Part shown: piece after piece, positions 63,430-64,000 of the stretch
Layout of the letters: the number at the start of each line of letters is the position of its first letter
Numbering within the stretch: the first letter of the stretch is position 1
Assembly (NCBI RefSeq): GCF_964194155.1
Contig: NC_135898.1
Location: 68,014,001 to 68,078,000, forward strand
Direction: 5' to 3'
From: Cetorhinus maximus
Lineage: Eukaryota
Length of the DNA stretch: 64,000 nucleotides
Program-made: the position numbers and the translations under genes
Notes under the pieces: generated by a model
What the model was told of the DNA's origin: nothing
The model's database searches: none
What the model saw: only the letters and a program-made list of their open reading frames with translations

Positions 63430-64000
63430 TCGGGGACCTCTGTGACAAACCTTGACACATGCACTGTTAAGTATGGCAGCGCTCCTTCAGAGTGGTCCAG
63501 GCAGAGGAAGCATTGTTGATGCATCCACCTCAATGGTCTGGCCAATCTGAATTTGTGTGGCAACAAGGCTTTCATTACATGCATGCTGCCAACATGTGGG
63601 TTGTGGACTGAAGTCATGAGCCAGGGAGTCAATAGATAGTTTTTGTCCCCACCAGCCACCCTCTTTGTTGTGGTGGCTCAAACGTTGATGGTACAGCAGA
63701 CTGGCACAGAATTAAGACAGCATAACTGCTGCCAAGACACTGGGCATTGACTGGCATGATATACTGAGCATGCTCACACACCAGCTGAGGGAATGGAAAC
63801 TTTACAGTTATGGCACATCACAGAATTGACATGTGGTGTGCACAATGTGATGTGTGTGCAATCAACGGCACCCTGTAGCATGGGGAAGACCGCAGTCCTT
63901 GCAAAGCCACGTTTTGCTGTATCTGCTTCTCTCTGCCATGAGAAAATGAAATGTATGCAGTTCTCTTGAAATACAGAATCTCAGTAACCAGCCTTGTCAA
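63430..64000 (-). pseudogene. Harbinger transposase pseudogene (continues beyond the window)
   Basis: GFARTAVFPMLQGAVDCTHI, GDKNYLLTPWLMTSVHNP, FLCLDHSEGALPY. Confidence 0.85.

Overview
This is eukaryotic, repeat-rich, essentially intronic or intergenic DNA, most likely from a cartilaginous fish (shark or ray). That call rests on my recognition of HE1-like V-SINEs, HER1-like CR1-clade LINEs and SacSINE1-like DeuSINEs; no database search was run. I found no intact host gene; there are only a few weak exon candidates (22-108, 1237-1640, 54859-54924) and three short N gaps. The window is dominated by decayed, nested transposons. These include at least six PIF/Harbinger coding remnants (HARBI1-like DDE transposase plus a Myb/SANT NAIF1-like partner) and many Harbinger MITEs, a POGK-like pogo remnant, L2 and CR1 LINEs, a deleted Gypsy LTR element, and Penelope-derived elements carrying minimal hammerhead ribozymes. 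Four observations stand out. (1) A ~3.35 kb LINE has no ORF1 and its 5' end is the tRNA/V-domain head of the HE1 SINE; the SINE at 59.5 kb looks like its internal-deletion derivative. (2) Short hammerhead-bearing retroelements, two of them fold-backs, are each flanked by ~15-bp TSDs. (3) Diverse Harbinger families share an AAACAC-NNN-GTCTTT-like target site. (4) Several local duplications or templated insertions occur, including a ~96% identical 295-bp inverted copy 6 kb away. Family names come from recall and pattern recognition, and boundaries are approximate unless TSDs are given.
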